This document shows, in pieces, positions 38,473 through 47,346 of a DNA stretch of 64,000 bases. Source of the stretch: a virus (taxonomy: Duplodnaviria; Heunggongvirae; Uroviricota; Caudoviricetes); the IMG/VR virus record IMGVR_UViG_3300021430_000416, positions 18,435 through 82,434 of that record. One strand, given 5' to 3'. The translations under genes were made by a program, and so were the position numbers. Each line of letters starts with the position of its first letter. Within the stretch, counting starts at the first letter, position 1. Below the pieces are notes generated by a model. That model made no database searches, was not told the DNA's origin, and was given only the letters and a program-made list of their open reading frames with translations.

Positions 38473-38687
38473 TGCGGGAGTTTAAATTCTTACGTGGATA
38501 TACCGGTAGACTTGAACAAGGTATTGTGTGGGTACCATATATTATACGTGAGACGGAACCGGTTGTGATTGAAACAAACATGGATTTAAGAAGACCCATA
38601 AGTGCAAGGTATTATGGAGCAATCGACCCGGCAACAAATCACTTTCAAACATTTAGAGTAACAGAACGAGATGGAAGAGAATTATAG
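38472..38687 (+). CDS. FKFLRGY-family small protein
   Basis: N-terminus MREFKFLRGYTG. Confidence 0.5.
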   Translation: MREFKFLRGYTGRLEQGIVWVPYIIRETEPVVIETNMDLRRPISARYYGAIDPATNHFQTFRVTERDGREL

Positions 38688-38934
38688 AATCATAGTTGAT
38701 GCTACAATAAAGGACGGTAGGATTTACCTAAACCTACAACAACCAACCGAGGGTTACACTTCAATATTAACTATTGAGGAAATGAGACCATTACTTGCTG
38801 GTGCATTGGCAATGACAATAAGAGCATCACATGACGAAGGTAAGGCAATGAAAGAAACTATGGATTATTTGACAGAAGAATTTGTTAATACAGATTCTTT
38901 TTCCGACCTTCGAAAAAGAAAATTTGGTGAATAG
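38671..38934 (+). CDS. hypothetical protein
   Basis: 87 aa ORF. Confidence 0.45.
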   Translation: MEENYRIIVDATIKDGRIYLNLQQPTEGYTSILTIEEMRPLLAGALAMTIRASHDEGKAMKETMDYLTEEFVNTDSFSDLRKRKFGE

Positions 38935-38935
38935 T

Positions 38936-39319
38936 ATGAAAGCAATCATCGCAGTAAACAATCTTGGATTCATTGGAATCGGTAACAGAATGTTATGGAA
39001 GTCGCCTGAAGACTTCAAACACTTCAAGGAGAAAACCATGGGTGGAAGACTATTGGTTGGTTACAACACATCATTGGAACTACCACCATTAAAAGGTCGT
39101 GAGGTTGTTATTGATACCCGAGGTTATTGGAATCCCGGTGTTGAAGTAATTGATTGGTGTATCGGTGGAAAGAAAACCTATGAGAAGTATTGTCATATGT
39201 TTACCGAACTTCATATCTCACACATTGATGATAATTCAATTGGTGACGTAACATTCCCTGATTTATCAAAGTTAAATTCGGACTGTAAAATATATCATTA
39301 TTATTTTAAATCTATATGA
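38936..39319 (+). CDS. folA: dihydrofolate reductase (short form); start at the internal MKAIIAV
   Basis: IIAVNNLGFIGIGNRMLW..EDFKHFKEKTMGGRLLVGYNT...IGGKKTYEKY...GDVTFPD match the DHFR N-terminal substrate/NADPH blocks and the C-terminal GG motif. Confidence 0.7.
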   Translation: MKAIIAVNNLGFIGIGNRMLWKSPEDFKHFKEKTMGGRLLVGYNTSLELPPLKGREVVIDTRGYWNPGVEVIDWCIGGKKTYEKYCHMFTELHISHIDDNSIGDVTFPDLSKLNSDCKIYHYYFKSI

Positions 39320-40026
39320 TTTACATACAATCAAATAACGAGAAGACATTACCACATCACTTCGATTGTGCATGTGGTTTATATGGTGCAATGGATTTGG
39401 GGATGGATTACAGATTGACAACCTTTGATGAGGTGTTGTCAGGTAAGTTCGATACCCTAATCAAAAGAAACCTATTCATTGGTTCAGTTGAATTTATGAA
39501 TGAAGTATTTTCTCGTGTTGGAAAGAAAGTAAATGCAATAGAGAATACCACAAGACCTTTTCAAGTTACATCTTTGGGTGAAGCATTATTGAGAGGTAAA
39601 TCGGGTGAAAAAATATTCATCAAACCAAAAGAAATAAAACTATTTACGGGTTTTGTGTTGGATGGGTACAATTATCCATCAATAGAATCCCTTCCACAGG
39701 ACACAGAGGTGTTTGTTTATGATGCATTTGATAGGAGTATCTTATCGGAGTGGAGAATTTATGTTCATAAAGGTGAAATTATCGATGCAAGAAACTATGC
39801 CGGTGATGTAATGACACTTCCCGATATCAATTTCATCACCCATATAATCAACACATACGGTAAAGATTTACCGGTTGCGTACACAATCGATGTGGGTATA
39901 TTAACATACACACAAGAGAACGTAGTAATTGAATTTAATGATATGTGGGCGATTGGTAACTACGGTATACCAAATGACCTATACATAAAACTATTGAGGA
40001 GTAGATACGAACAAATAATGTCATGA
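39316..40026 (+). CDS. hypothetical protein, possibly ATP-grasp-like
   Basis: KIFIKPKEIKLFTGFV...WRIYVHKGEIIDA...IEFNDMW resembles the ATP-grasp central/C-terminal pattern. Weak. Confidence 0.45.
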   Translation: MIYIQSNNEKTLPHHFDCACGLYGAMDLGMDYRLTTFDEVLSGKFDTLIKRNLFIGSVEFMNEVFSRVGKKVNAIENTTRPFQVTSLGEALLRGKSGEKIFIKPKEIKLFTGFVLDGYNYPSIESLPQDTEVFVYDAFDRSILSEWRIYVHKGEIIDARNYAGDVMTLPDINFITHIINTYGKDLPVAYTIDVGILTYTQENVVIEFNDMWAIGNYGIPNDLYIKLLRSRYEQIMS

Positions 40027-40232
40027 GAGAATTCAAATTCTTGAGAGGATATGAAGAGAAAAGGGTGTTCCATATTGATGTTGGGAATTTGGATGGTGAT
40101 GTGGAATACTTTACGGAACAATTGAGGAGAGCAATGTCAATTCCCGCTGCATATTTTAGACGAGAAATGTTGAACGAACCATTACAAGTAACAGAGGATA
40201 TTTTTATACCAGTAAGAAACAATGAACTTTAG
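40023..40232 (+). CDS. FKFLRGY-family small protein
   Basis: N-terminus MREFKFLRGYEE. Confidence 0.5.
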   Translation: MREFKFLRGYEEKRVFHIDVGNLDGDVEYFTEQLRRAMSIPAAYFRREMLNEPLQVTEDIFIPVRNNEL

Positions 40233-40590
40233 AACAAGAAAATTAGTAAAGCACGGTGACCTAAACCCAAATGAGACATTGTTTGGTGGTAGGTTACTTG
40301 AATGGATTGACGAAGAAGTTGCAATCTATGTGATTTGTCAGTTAGGAACAAAGAGAGTGGTTACCAAAGTAATCTCCGAGATTAACTTCATGAAACCAGC
40401 AAGGTTAAATGATGTTGTTGAGATTGGTGTGGATGTGGTTGAGTTCGGGAGAACTTCAATAACAGTTGAGGTGGTTGCACGTATCAAAGATAGTAAGGAT
40501 GAAATCCTGAGAATAAATAAGATGGTGTTTGTTTGTGTTGATGAAAATGGAAAACCAACCCCACATGGAAAAACAAAGAAAACTCGTTAA
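40222..40590 (+). CDS. hotdog-fold acyl-CoA thioesterase (4HBT/YbgC-like)
   Basis: LFGGRLLEWIDEEVAIYV...VVTKVISEINFMKPARLNDVVEIGVDVVEFGRTSITVEV matches the 4HBT fold pattern. Confidence 0.6.
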   Translation: MNFRTRKLVKHGDLNPNETLFGGRLLEWIDEEVAIYVICQLGTKRVVTKVISEINFMKPARLNDVVEIGVDVVEFGRTSITVEVVARIKDSKDEILRINKMVFVCVDENGKPTPHGKTKKTR

Positions 40591-40593
40591 AAT

Positions 40594-40836
40594 ATGGAAT
40601 TGGATGGATTTGGAAAGAAAGTGTGGAAACATAAAACAAACAAAAGATTGTTTTTGGAGCAATCATATGTTTGGAAAGAAAGGTTAACCTTAATAGAAGA
40701 GTTTAAGGATGAAAGAAATGTTGTTATGACATTTGATATTAACACATTTGATTTCTCAGCATGGACACCGATGACCAAAGAAGAGTTTAATTCAGTTAAA
40801 TCACAATATAAAGAAATATATAATGGACAATTATAA
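40594..40836 (+). CDS. hypothetical protein
   Basis: 80 aa ORF. Confidence 0.4.
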   Translation: MELDGFGKKVWKHKTNKRLFLEQSYVWKERLTLIEEFKDERNVVMTFDINTFDFSAWTPMTKEEFNSVKSQYKEIYNGQL

Positions 40837-41218
40837 ATTAAGAGATAAGGTTACTTGTGGTCGTGGATATAACCACGGAGAAGTATTCACGGTTGTTGGA
40901 ATTCGTGAACATGAATTGGAGTTGGAGGGTGATTGGAGTGGTGGTACTCATAATGTTTCCCAGAAGGATTGGGTTCCAATCGATGACTGCAAACTTTACA
41001 AAAGAGAAAAGGTTGTTGGTGATTTAGTTTGGTTGGATGGATATACCAGCATGGCACAACAAAATGCTAGAGAATATACAATTGAAAAGATTGAACATAA
41101 GTTCGACAAGGACACCGGTGTGAAATTCCCAATATACTTTGTTGCTGACAAATGGTTTGATGGAAGAGATGGTAGTCCATATGAGGATGATAAATCTATG
41201 TATTATATAGAATTTTAA
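40823..41218 (+). CDS. hypothetical protein
   Basis: 131 aa ORF. Confidence 0.45.
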   Translation: MDNYKLRDKVTCGRGYNHGEVFTVVGIREHELELEGDWSGGTHNVSQKDWVPIDDCKLYKREKVVGDLVWLDGYTSMAQQNAREYTIEKIEHKFDKDTGVKFPIYFVADKWFDGRDGSPYEDDKSMYYIEF

Positions 41219-41222
41219 TAAG

Positions 41223-41807
41223 ATGGGACAAAAAGGGATATTAGAAAAAAAGGATGACAAGTGGATGGTTAAATGGTCCGACTTACATTCTTTTGCACAT
41301 GGTACGCATTGGATGTACACGGAACTTTCACCGGAGTCAGATTCAATAAAGTATATTGATATGGGAGATATTATATGTAAACCATTGGAAGAGGGATTGA
41401 ATGTTGATTTCGAACTTCAGACCTTGGGTTATGATACCGAGAGTTTTGTTCCAACCAATATTGCTAAACTAGTATTCCCTGAAGTTGAAGAGTTTGAAAA
41501 ACAACAATGGATAAAAGAATATGTTATTAAAGGTAATCTTTTATTCTCAATAAGTGATGTCTCGGTAATGCGTGACGGTGGTACTATTATACTTTACAAC
41601 AGAGGTGCAAAACAAAAACCGTTCTATATCCATAAAGATAATTGGACATTACACAATGATTACCCAACAACCGATGATAACTTGGTAACAGATAAATCTG
41701 TACAAGTTTATGTTATGGATAGGTTGGGGAGGTATAAAGAGGATTGTGAATTTAATTTGAAAGAGATAAGAACCATTATTGAAAAAGTGAAAATATGCAA
41801 ATACTAA
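41223..41807 (+). CDS. hypothetical protein
   Basis: 194 aa ORF. Confidence 0.5.
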   Translation: MGQKGILEKKDDKWMVKWSDLHSFAHGTHWMYTELSPESDSIKYIDMGDIICKPLEEGLNVDFELQTLGYDTESFVPTNIAKLVFPEVEEFEKQQWIKEYVIKGNLLFSISDVSVMRDGGTIILYNRGAKQKPFYIHKDNWTLHNDYPTTDDNLVTDKSVQVYVMDRLGRYKEDCEFNLKEIRTIIEKVKICKY

Positions 41808-41971
41808 ATTTTTTAATCGTAGCAATATTCAATTTATATTGGTACTTTAAGGGTCCTGAGAATTATAAGAGACTATACAACGGTGGTTATTCCACATGGT
41901 TGAGTGCACTATTTTGGTTGTATGCGATATGGGGTGTGGTTAATTTATTCTACTCAATATTAACTCTATAA
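41795..41971 (+). CDS. small membrane protein (58 aa, below the ORF-track cutoff)
   Basis: MQILNFLIVAIFNLYWYF...WLSALFWLYAIWGVVNLFYSILTL. Two TM helices. Confidence 0.35.
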   Translation: MQILNFLIVAIFNLYWYFKGPENYKRLYNGGYSTWLSALFWLYAIWGVVNLFYSILTL

Positions 41972-42066
41972 TATGGTTGAAATTGCAAATGCGTTAGGGA
42001 TACTAGCTATCGGTGCGGCCATTTGGGGTCTTTATAAACTGTACAAAATAGAAAAGGAGATAAAAG

Positions 42067-42375
42067 ATGAAGAAATATAGATTCAAAATACAAAAATATA
42101 CCTTGAATAATGGTAGAATATACTATATTTGTAGGGTAAAGATTTTCCATCCATTTGTTTTGACTAGTGATGGGGTTGGTTTGTGGTTGAGAAACTACAC
42201 CGATAATGAGAGGAATCTCAATAAATACGGTGGTTCGTATTGGAATGAAGACAATGATGTGAAGTTTAAAAGTAGACAAGAAGTTTTGGATGGTATTGAA
42301 CTTTATATGAAAAACCGAGAAGATGAGGACGGTGATGAAATCAAATCAATTGAAACCGAAATAATTTGGAGGTAA
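42067..42375 (+). CDS. hypothetical protein
   Basis: 102 aa ORF. Confidence 0.45.
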   Translation: MKKYRFKIQKYTLNNGRIYYICRVKIFHPFVLTSDGVGLWLRNYTDNERNLNKYGGSYWNEDNDVKFKSRQEVLDGIELYMKNREDEDGDEIKSIETEIIWR

Positions 42376-42424
42376 TTGGATATACCATGATGATATCTCA
42401 CCCTTAAATAGATTAATTGGTAAA

Positions 42425-43906
42425 ATGAATCTTAAAGAAGAAAAATATAGAAAAAGAAAGAATTTCAGAACTAAGGAGGAATGTCACCAATACGCTCTGA
42501 AATATAAATCTATTAAAGAATTTATTGAGGGTGATGGTCATGTTTATTTATATGCTTCACGTAGAGGATGGTCACATGAGATAACATCTCATATGAGAAA
42601 AAATATCCGTTGGGTTGATAAAAAAGACGAGATTCGCCAAGCAGCATTAAAATATCAAAATAGAGGAGAATTTTGTTTAAAAGATGGAAGGTACTATGAA
42701 GTTGCTAGACGACGTGGTTGGCTTGATGATATTTGTGGTCACATGGTTTCGGTGGGTAATAAATTTAAAAGATTGGTGTATGTTTATGAATTTGAGGATA
42801 AAACGGTTTATGTTGGTTTAACATTAAATGACATAAAAAGAAGTCATTCACATAGTACATCAAACGATAGTCCGGTATATAGATATCAACAAGAAAAGGG
42901 TTTAAAACCTGTAAAAAAGATAGTAACCGATGGTTATATTGATTCAGAAGAGGCTAAGAAAGTTGAACACGATACTGTTGAGAAATATAAAAAATTGGGT
43001 TGGAATGTTCTAAATAAAACCAAAACGGGTGGATTAGGTGGGACAGATAGAATTTGGACAGATGAAAAAATAAAGGAAACAATATCTAAATACACGTATG
43101 AGAGTGAAGTAAGAAAGAATGAACCTAAATTGATAATGAAATTACGTAATATAGGTAAGATTGACGAATATTTAGGTGTTTTGATTAAAGATACTCCAAT
43201 TTATTGGAATGAAGAAAAGGTTAAGAAGGTAATTTCGGAACACACACATCTATTGGATTTTAATAATCAATATCCCGGTGCTAGAGCATGGATTCGGGTT
43301 AACAAAATGGAACATTTGTTGGATGGTTTGATTAGTAAAAATCGAGTAAGGCAAGTAAAGATTAGATGGAACAACAAAGAGGAAATTTTGAACATGGCAT
43401 CAAAGTATGATAACATCAGTAAGTTCCAAAAAGAAAACAGGGGGATGTATAATTCCGCCAAACAAAACGGTTGGTTAGATGATATAAAAAGGATTATACC
43501 ACCAAAGTTTTTATGGACAAAAGAAAAGGCCATGGAGGTTACAAAGAGATATACGGATTACCAATCGTTTAGGGTTGAGAATAAGAATGTATATGATGCG
43601 ATTAAGAAATATGGGTGGGACGAATGTTTAACTCACTTAAAAAGAACATTTAAAGAATTTTCATATGAATTGGTTAAAGAGGAGGCATTAAAATATAAAT
43701 GTAGAAATGATTTTTTTAATGGTTCCAACAACGCTTACGCATATGCGAATAGACATAATATTTTAGATGAGATAACAACTCACATGGAAAAAAGGAACGT
43801 AAAAGGACATAAAGAAGAAATTTTTACATGTAGTGTATGTGGTAAAAATGTGGGTGGTTATACCAATCTTAAAAGATGGCACGAAGATAATTGTAAATCA
43901 AAATAA
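42425..43906 (+). CDS. large tandem-repeat protein with a central GIY-YIG/T5orf172-like nuclease motif
   Basis: Central RLVYVYEFEDKTVYVGLTLNDIKRSHSH, flanked by at least 8 copies of a ~35-45 aa repeat (ALKYxxxxEFxxxxxxxYxxAxxxGWxDxIxxHM). Confidence 0.6.
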   Translation: MNLKEEKYRKRKNFRTKEECHQYALKYKSIKEFIEGDGHVYLYASRRGWSHEITSHMRKNIRWVDKKDEIRQAALKYQNRGEFCLKDGRYYEVARRRGWLDDICGHMVSVGNKFKRLVYVYEFEDKTVYVGLTLNDIKRSHSHSTSNDSPVYRYQQEKGLKPVKKIVTDGYIDSEEAKKVEHDTVEKYKKLGWNVLNKTKTGGLGGTDRIWTDEKIKETISKYTYESEVRKNEPKLIMKLRNIGKIDEYLGVLIKDTPIYWNEEKVKKVISEHTHLLDFNNQYPGARAWIRVNKMEHLLDGLISKNRVRQVKIRWNNKEEILNMASKYDNISKFQKENRGMYNSAKQNGWLDDIKRIIPPKFLWTKEKAMEVTKRYTDYQSFRVENKNVYDAIKKYGWDECLTHLKRTFKEFSYELVKEEALKYKCRNDFFNGSNNAYAYANRHNILDEITTHMEKRNVKGHKEEIFTCSVCGKNVGGYTNLKRWHEDNCKSK

Positions 43907-43924
43907 TGAAAATACATTTATAAT

Positions 43925-44194
43925 ATGAAAACTAATGAAGAAATAATTCAGCATTTAGAACCCTACATTAGAATGAAGGGTGAGGAATTGAGGACCAAGG
44001 TAACCATTGATAAGGTTACGAACCTATTTGAGGAGTATCTATGTGTCATGGTTGACATAAAATCCTCTTGGGTTGGTGTAAATGGAATCAACAACCGGGA
44101 TGTCACCATTAAGAGATTCCTAAAAAGAAATGGATTTACATATCATTCAATTGATTCCACATACAGGAGACCGTTTAATTATGAGAACATTTAA
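43925..44194 (+). CDS. hypothetical protein
   Basis: 89 aa ORF. Confidence 0.4.
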   Translation: MKTNEEIIQHLEPYIRMKGEELRTKVTIDKVTNLFEEYLCVMVDIKSSWVGVNGINNRDVTIKRFLKRNGFTYHSIDSTYRRPFNYENI

Positions 44195-44411
44195 TTATCC
44201 CGTTCCCGCATCGTTCTATGTAAAGAATGGTGGGAATATAATGGATAAGGTAATATTAACCACACCGGACATAACCGGTGCAAATCATCATATAAAGAAC
44301 CGAATCGGTGGGGATGGTTCTATTCTAAATCTCATTAATAAGGAAAACCCCGAAAATGAGACAAAGGTTCATATTGATATGTGTTGGGTAATTGCGGAGG
44401 TAAATCTCTAA
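44181..44411 (+). CDS. hypothetical protein (start chosen at MRTFNYP, overlapping the upstream stop)
   Basis: Alternative to the longer overlapping 44130 ORF. Confidence 0.35.
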   Translation: MRTFNYPVPASFYVKNGGNIMDKVILTTPDITGANHHIKNRIGGDGSILNLINKENPENETKVHIDMCWVIAEVNL

Positions 44412-44432
44412 AAAAACCATATATATGGATTC

Positions 44433-46505
44433 GTGATTTTAAAGAAAATAAATAACATGCCACGTAAATTAACATATGAATTATGTAAAGAAATAATCTC
44501 CCAATATAAAACCTATACGGATTTATATAAAAATGATGTTTCAGTTATAATGAAAGTGAAACAAAAAAAATGGGATGAGTTATTATCACACTTCGGACCA
44601 ATATATTCGAATAAAAATCCGAAGTGGACATATGAAAAGTGTAAAGAAGAGGTTTCAAAGTTTACTCACCTTAGTGAATTACAGGGGACAAGTGTGTCAC
44701 ACGCATTATTAAGAGAGGGTTGGTATGATGAGTTAACATCTCATCTTATTAGGGTACAACATAAAACATATACTAAAGAGGAAGTTTTAAATGAATCCAT
44801 AAAGTATAAAACAAGAGATAATTTTAGAGTGGGTTCTCCCAGTGCATATAATGCGGCAAAGAGATTAAACATTATGTTAGAGGCAACAAAACATATGGGT
44901 AAATCTCCAAATGAAAAACAATACACAAAAGAAGAAATATTAGAATCAGCTAAAAGATATGGAAACCAAAGGGATTGGAAAAATTCTGAAAGGTCAATTT
45001 TTAATTCTGCAAAGACTTACGATAAACCAAATGGTAAAGAAAGAGAATTTTGGTTGCAGTGTATAAGTCACATGGAGTATATATACAAACCTAACGGGTT
45101 TTGGACATATGAAAAGTGTGCGGAGATATCTAAAAAATTTAAAACTCTTAAAGAATTTAGGGAAGATTTAGAATTTAGAGTGGTTTACAGAAAAATAAAG
45201 GTTAATAAATGGGATGAATTATTATCTCATTTAGTATATCTCAATAAACCAAAAGGATTTTGGACATATGAAAGATGTAAGGAGTATGCTTTAAAGTATA
45301 CGTACCTTTCGGATTTTTATAATGAATGTGGTGCGGCATTAACTAAAATAAGAAAAAATAAATGGGATGAGTTAATTTCACATCTTAAACATAAATCAAG
45401 CAATCAAAACAGATACATATATGCGTTTGAATTTCCTGATAACCATGTATATGTTGGTTTAACATATAATTTGGAAAAGAGATTATCTGACCATTTAACA
45501 TCTAAAAGAGTAAAATCACCTGTTTTAATCCACAAGGAAAAGACGGGTTTGGATTTTGTTTACAAGAAAGTATATGAAGAAAAGTTCCATAAGGATATTG
45601 CGGGTAACATGGAAGGTCAAGCGATAAAACATTACCAAAAGAACGGTTGGATTTTATTGAACAAATCAAAGGCTGGTGGATTGGGTGGTGATAAAATGAA
45701 GTGGACCCACGAAAAAATACAACAGGAACTAATAGGTATAAAAACATTGACTGAAGTTAGAAAAAAACTACCTACACATGTTTTCAATGTTATCAGGAAA
45801 AAGGGTTGGTGGGATGAGTTTATCGCACCTCTTATTGATGATACTGGTAGAACTAAGTGGACGGTAGAATTGGCGATAGAGGAGATAAAGAAATATAAAA
45901 CAAGAAGAGAGATTCAACTCAATGCCAATGGTTTATATAAATTTCTTTACGCTAATGACTTATTAAAACACATACCCACTGTTAATTCATGGGCCCACAC
46001 GATAAAGGTAAAAGACATGTTCACCAAAGACGAGGTTTATGAATTTTTTCTACAGTTTAATTCGGGTGAAGAGGCTCGCAAAATTAATCATTCGTATTAT
46101 ACATGTGCCAAAGAAAATGGTTGGTTAAAAGACATTACCCGTTTATTAAAAGAAAAAAGGGGACCGGTTAGAATTAAAAAAAGAAACAATAAACTATTAA
46201 CGATATACACTAAAGAAATGTGTATTGAACGTGCATTGAATTATAAACATAAGATTGATTTTCAAATAGAAAACTCGGCAATGTACTCAGCGTGTAAGAG
46301 ATACGGGTGGTGGGAAGATGTTACAAAACACATGGTAAAAAAACCAAACAGGGTTGAGACTTATACATATGAGAAGGTTAGGGAATTAAGTAAAGGGTTT
46401 AAACATAGGAGTGAATTCCAAAAAAAACTACCGGGTGCGTTTAAATTTGTAAAAAAACACCAATTAATGGATGAATTATTCCCAATAAAATTTCGTAAAA
46501 TATAA
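44433..46505 (+). CDS. large tandem-repeat protein with a central GIY-YIG/T5orf172-like nuclease motif (paralog of 42425..43906)
   Basis: Central NRYIYAFEFPDNHVYVGLTYNLEKRLSDHL, with about 11 repeats of WTYEKCKE...KWDELLSHL / GWWEDVTKHM type. Confidence 0.6.
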   Translation: MILKKINNMPRKLTYELCKEIISQYKTYTDLYKNDVSVIMKVKQKKWDELLSHFGPIYSNKNPKWTYEKCKEEVSKFTHLSELQGTSVSHALLREGWYDELTSHLIRVQHKTYTKEEVLNESIKYKTRDNFRVGSPSAYNAAKRLNIMLEATKHMGKSPNEKQYTKEEILESAKRYGNQRDWKNSERSIFNSAKTYDKPNGKEREFWLQCISHMEYIYKPNGFWTYEKCAEISKKFKTLKEFREDLEFRVVYRKIKVNKWDELLSHLVYLNKPKGFWTYERCKEYALKYTYLSDFYNECGAALTKIRKNKWDELISHLKHKSSNQNRYIYAFEFPDNHVYVGLTYNLEKRLSDHLTSKRVKSPVLIHKEKTGLDFVYKKVYEEKFHKDIAGNMEGQAIKHYQKNGWILLNKSKAGGLGGDKMKWTHEKIQQELIGIKTLTEVRKKLPTHVFNVIRKKGWWDEFIAPLIDDTGRTKWTVELAIEEIKKYKTRREIQLNANGLYKFLYANDLLKHIPTVNSWAHTIKVKDMFTKDEVYEFFLQFNSGEEARKINHSYYTCAKENGWLKDITRLLKEKRGPVRIKKRNNKLLTIYTKEMCIERALNYKHKIDFQIENSAMYSACKRYGWWEDVTKHMVKKPNRVETYTYEKVRELSKGFKHRSEFQKKLPGAFKFVKKHQLMDELFPIKFRKI

Positions 46506-46511
46506 AAACAA

Positions 46512-46697
46512 ATGAGTAGAAGAACATATATTACTAAGTCAGAGTTAAATAAGGTGATGAAGTACCTCAAGGATAATACATTAATAACCGAAGTGGAAAA
46601 TGAGGTAATGACATTGAGGTTGTTGGATATTGATATAGAGGAGGTTTCACCCAGTCTAATGTCTAAAAACCATATATATAACATCGCGTGGGAATAA
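46512..46697 (+). CDS. hypothetical protein
   Basis: 61 aa ORF. Confidence 0.35.
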   Translation: MSRRTYITKSELNKVMKYLKDNTLITEVENEVMTLRLLDIDIEEVSPSLMSKNHIYNIAWE

Positions 46698-46720
46698 ACT
46701 AAATAATAATACTTCAACTA

Positions 46721-47059
46721 ATGAAATTAAAAACATTCATAGAAGAACTAAGGAATACAGATTTATATATCCAACACATATACACACAAGGAGGATGTTA
46801 TAAATTCTATATATTATTATCAAAGATGTATAAGAACTGCACCCCATATATATCCCAACATAAAAACCATATAATAACAAGGTACAAAAATAAGTACTAT
46901 GATATAAATGGAGAAGTAACAAACTTGGATGGATATACCCTATTAACCATAGAGGAAAAGTTAATGGTAGAAAGATGGTCATTCCATAAGAATAACCTAT
47001 TACAGTTAACAGAATGTCCGGTATGTGAAGAACCCATAGTATATGAGATAAACAAATGA
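46721..47059 (+). CDS. hypothetical protein (C-terminal CPVCEE)
   Basis: 112 aa ORF. Confidence 0.45.
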   Translation: MKLKTFIEELRNTDLYIQHIYTQGGCYKFYILLSKMYKNCTPYISQHKNHIITRYKNKYYDINGEVTNLDGYTLLTIEEKLMVERWSFHKNNLLQLTECPVCEEPIVYEINK

Positions 47060-47346
47060 TGGATGGTTTCAGATTATTAAGAGGGTATAATGTAAAAACC
47101 GCATATAATAATGGTTTAAAAGTAACCCTATATGAAGTTGGAAACAATAAGATGAATCTAACATTATCCTATTATGGTTTACCTAATCTATATGAAAGGA
47201 AAGATGTAATTGATATGGTAGGAACATTCAGGGAATATGAAATGTATGCAGATTTGATTGTAAGGATGCACAAACTAAATCCTGAAATGGGTCATTGGGA
47301 AATAAGACTTTATATGGAAGAACTATTCGATAATTTTGTAACATGA
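47056..47346 (+). CDS. FKFLRGY-family small protein (variant FRLLRGY)
   Basis: N-terminus MMDGFRLLRGYNV. Confidence 0.5.
   Translation: MMDGFRLLRGYNVKTAYNNGLKVTLYEVGNNKMNLTLSYYGLPNLYERKDVIDMVGTFREYEMYADLIVRMHKLNPEMGHWEIRLYMEELFDNFVT

Noticed and set aside
44130-44411. Track ORF starting at 44130 (93 aa), overlapping 43925..44194 by 65 nt
   Set aside because: The long overlap is unlikely in this tightly coupled genome. The internal start MRTFNYP at 44181, overlapping the upstream stop, is preferred.
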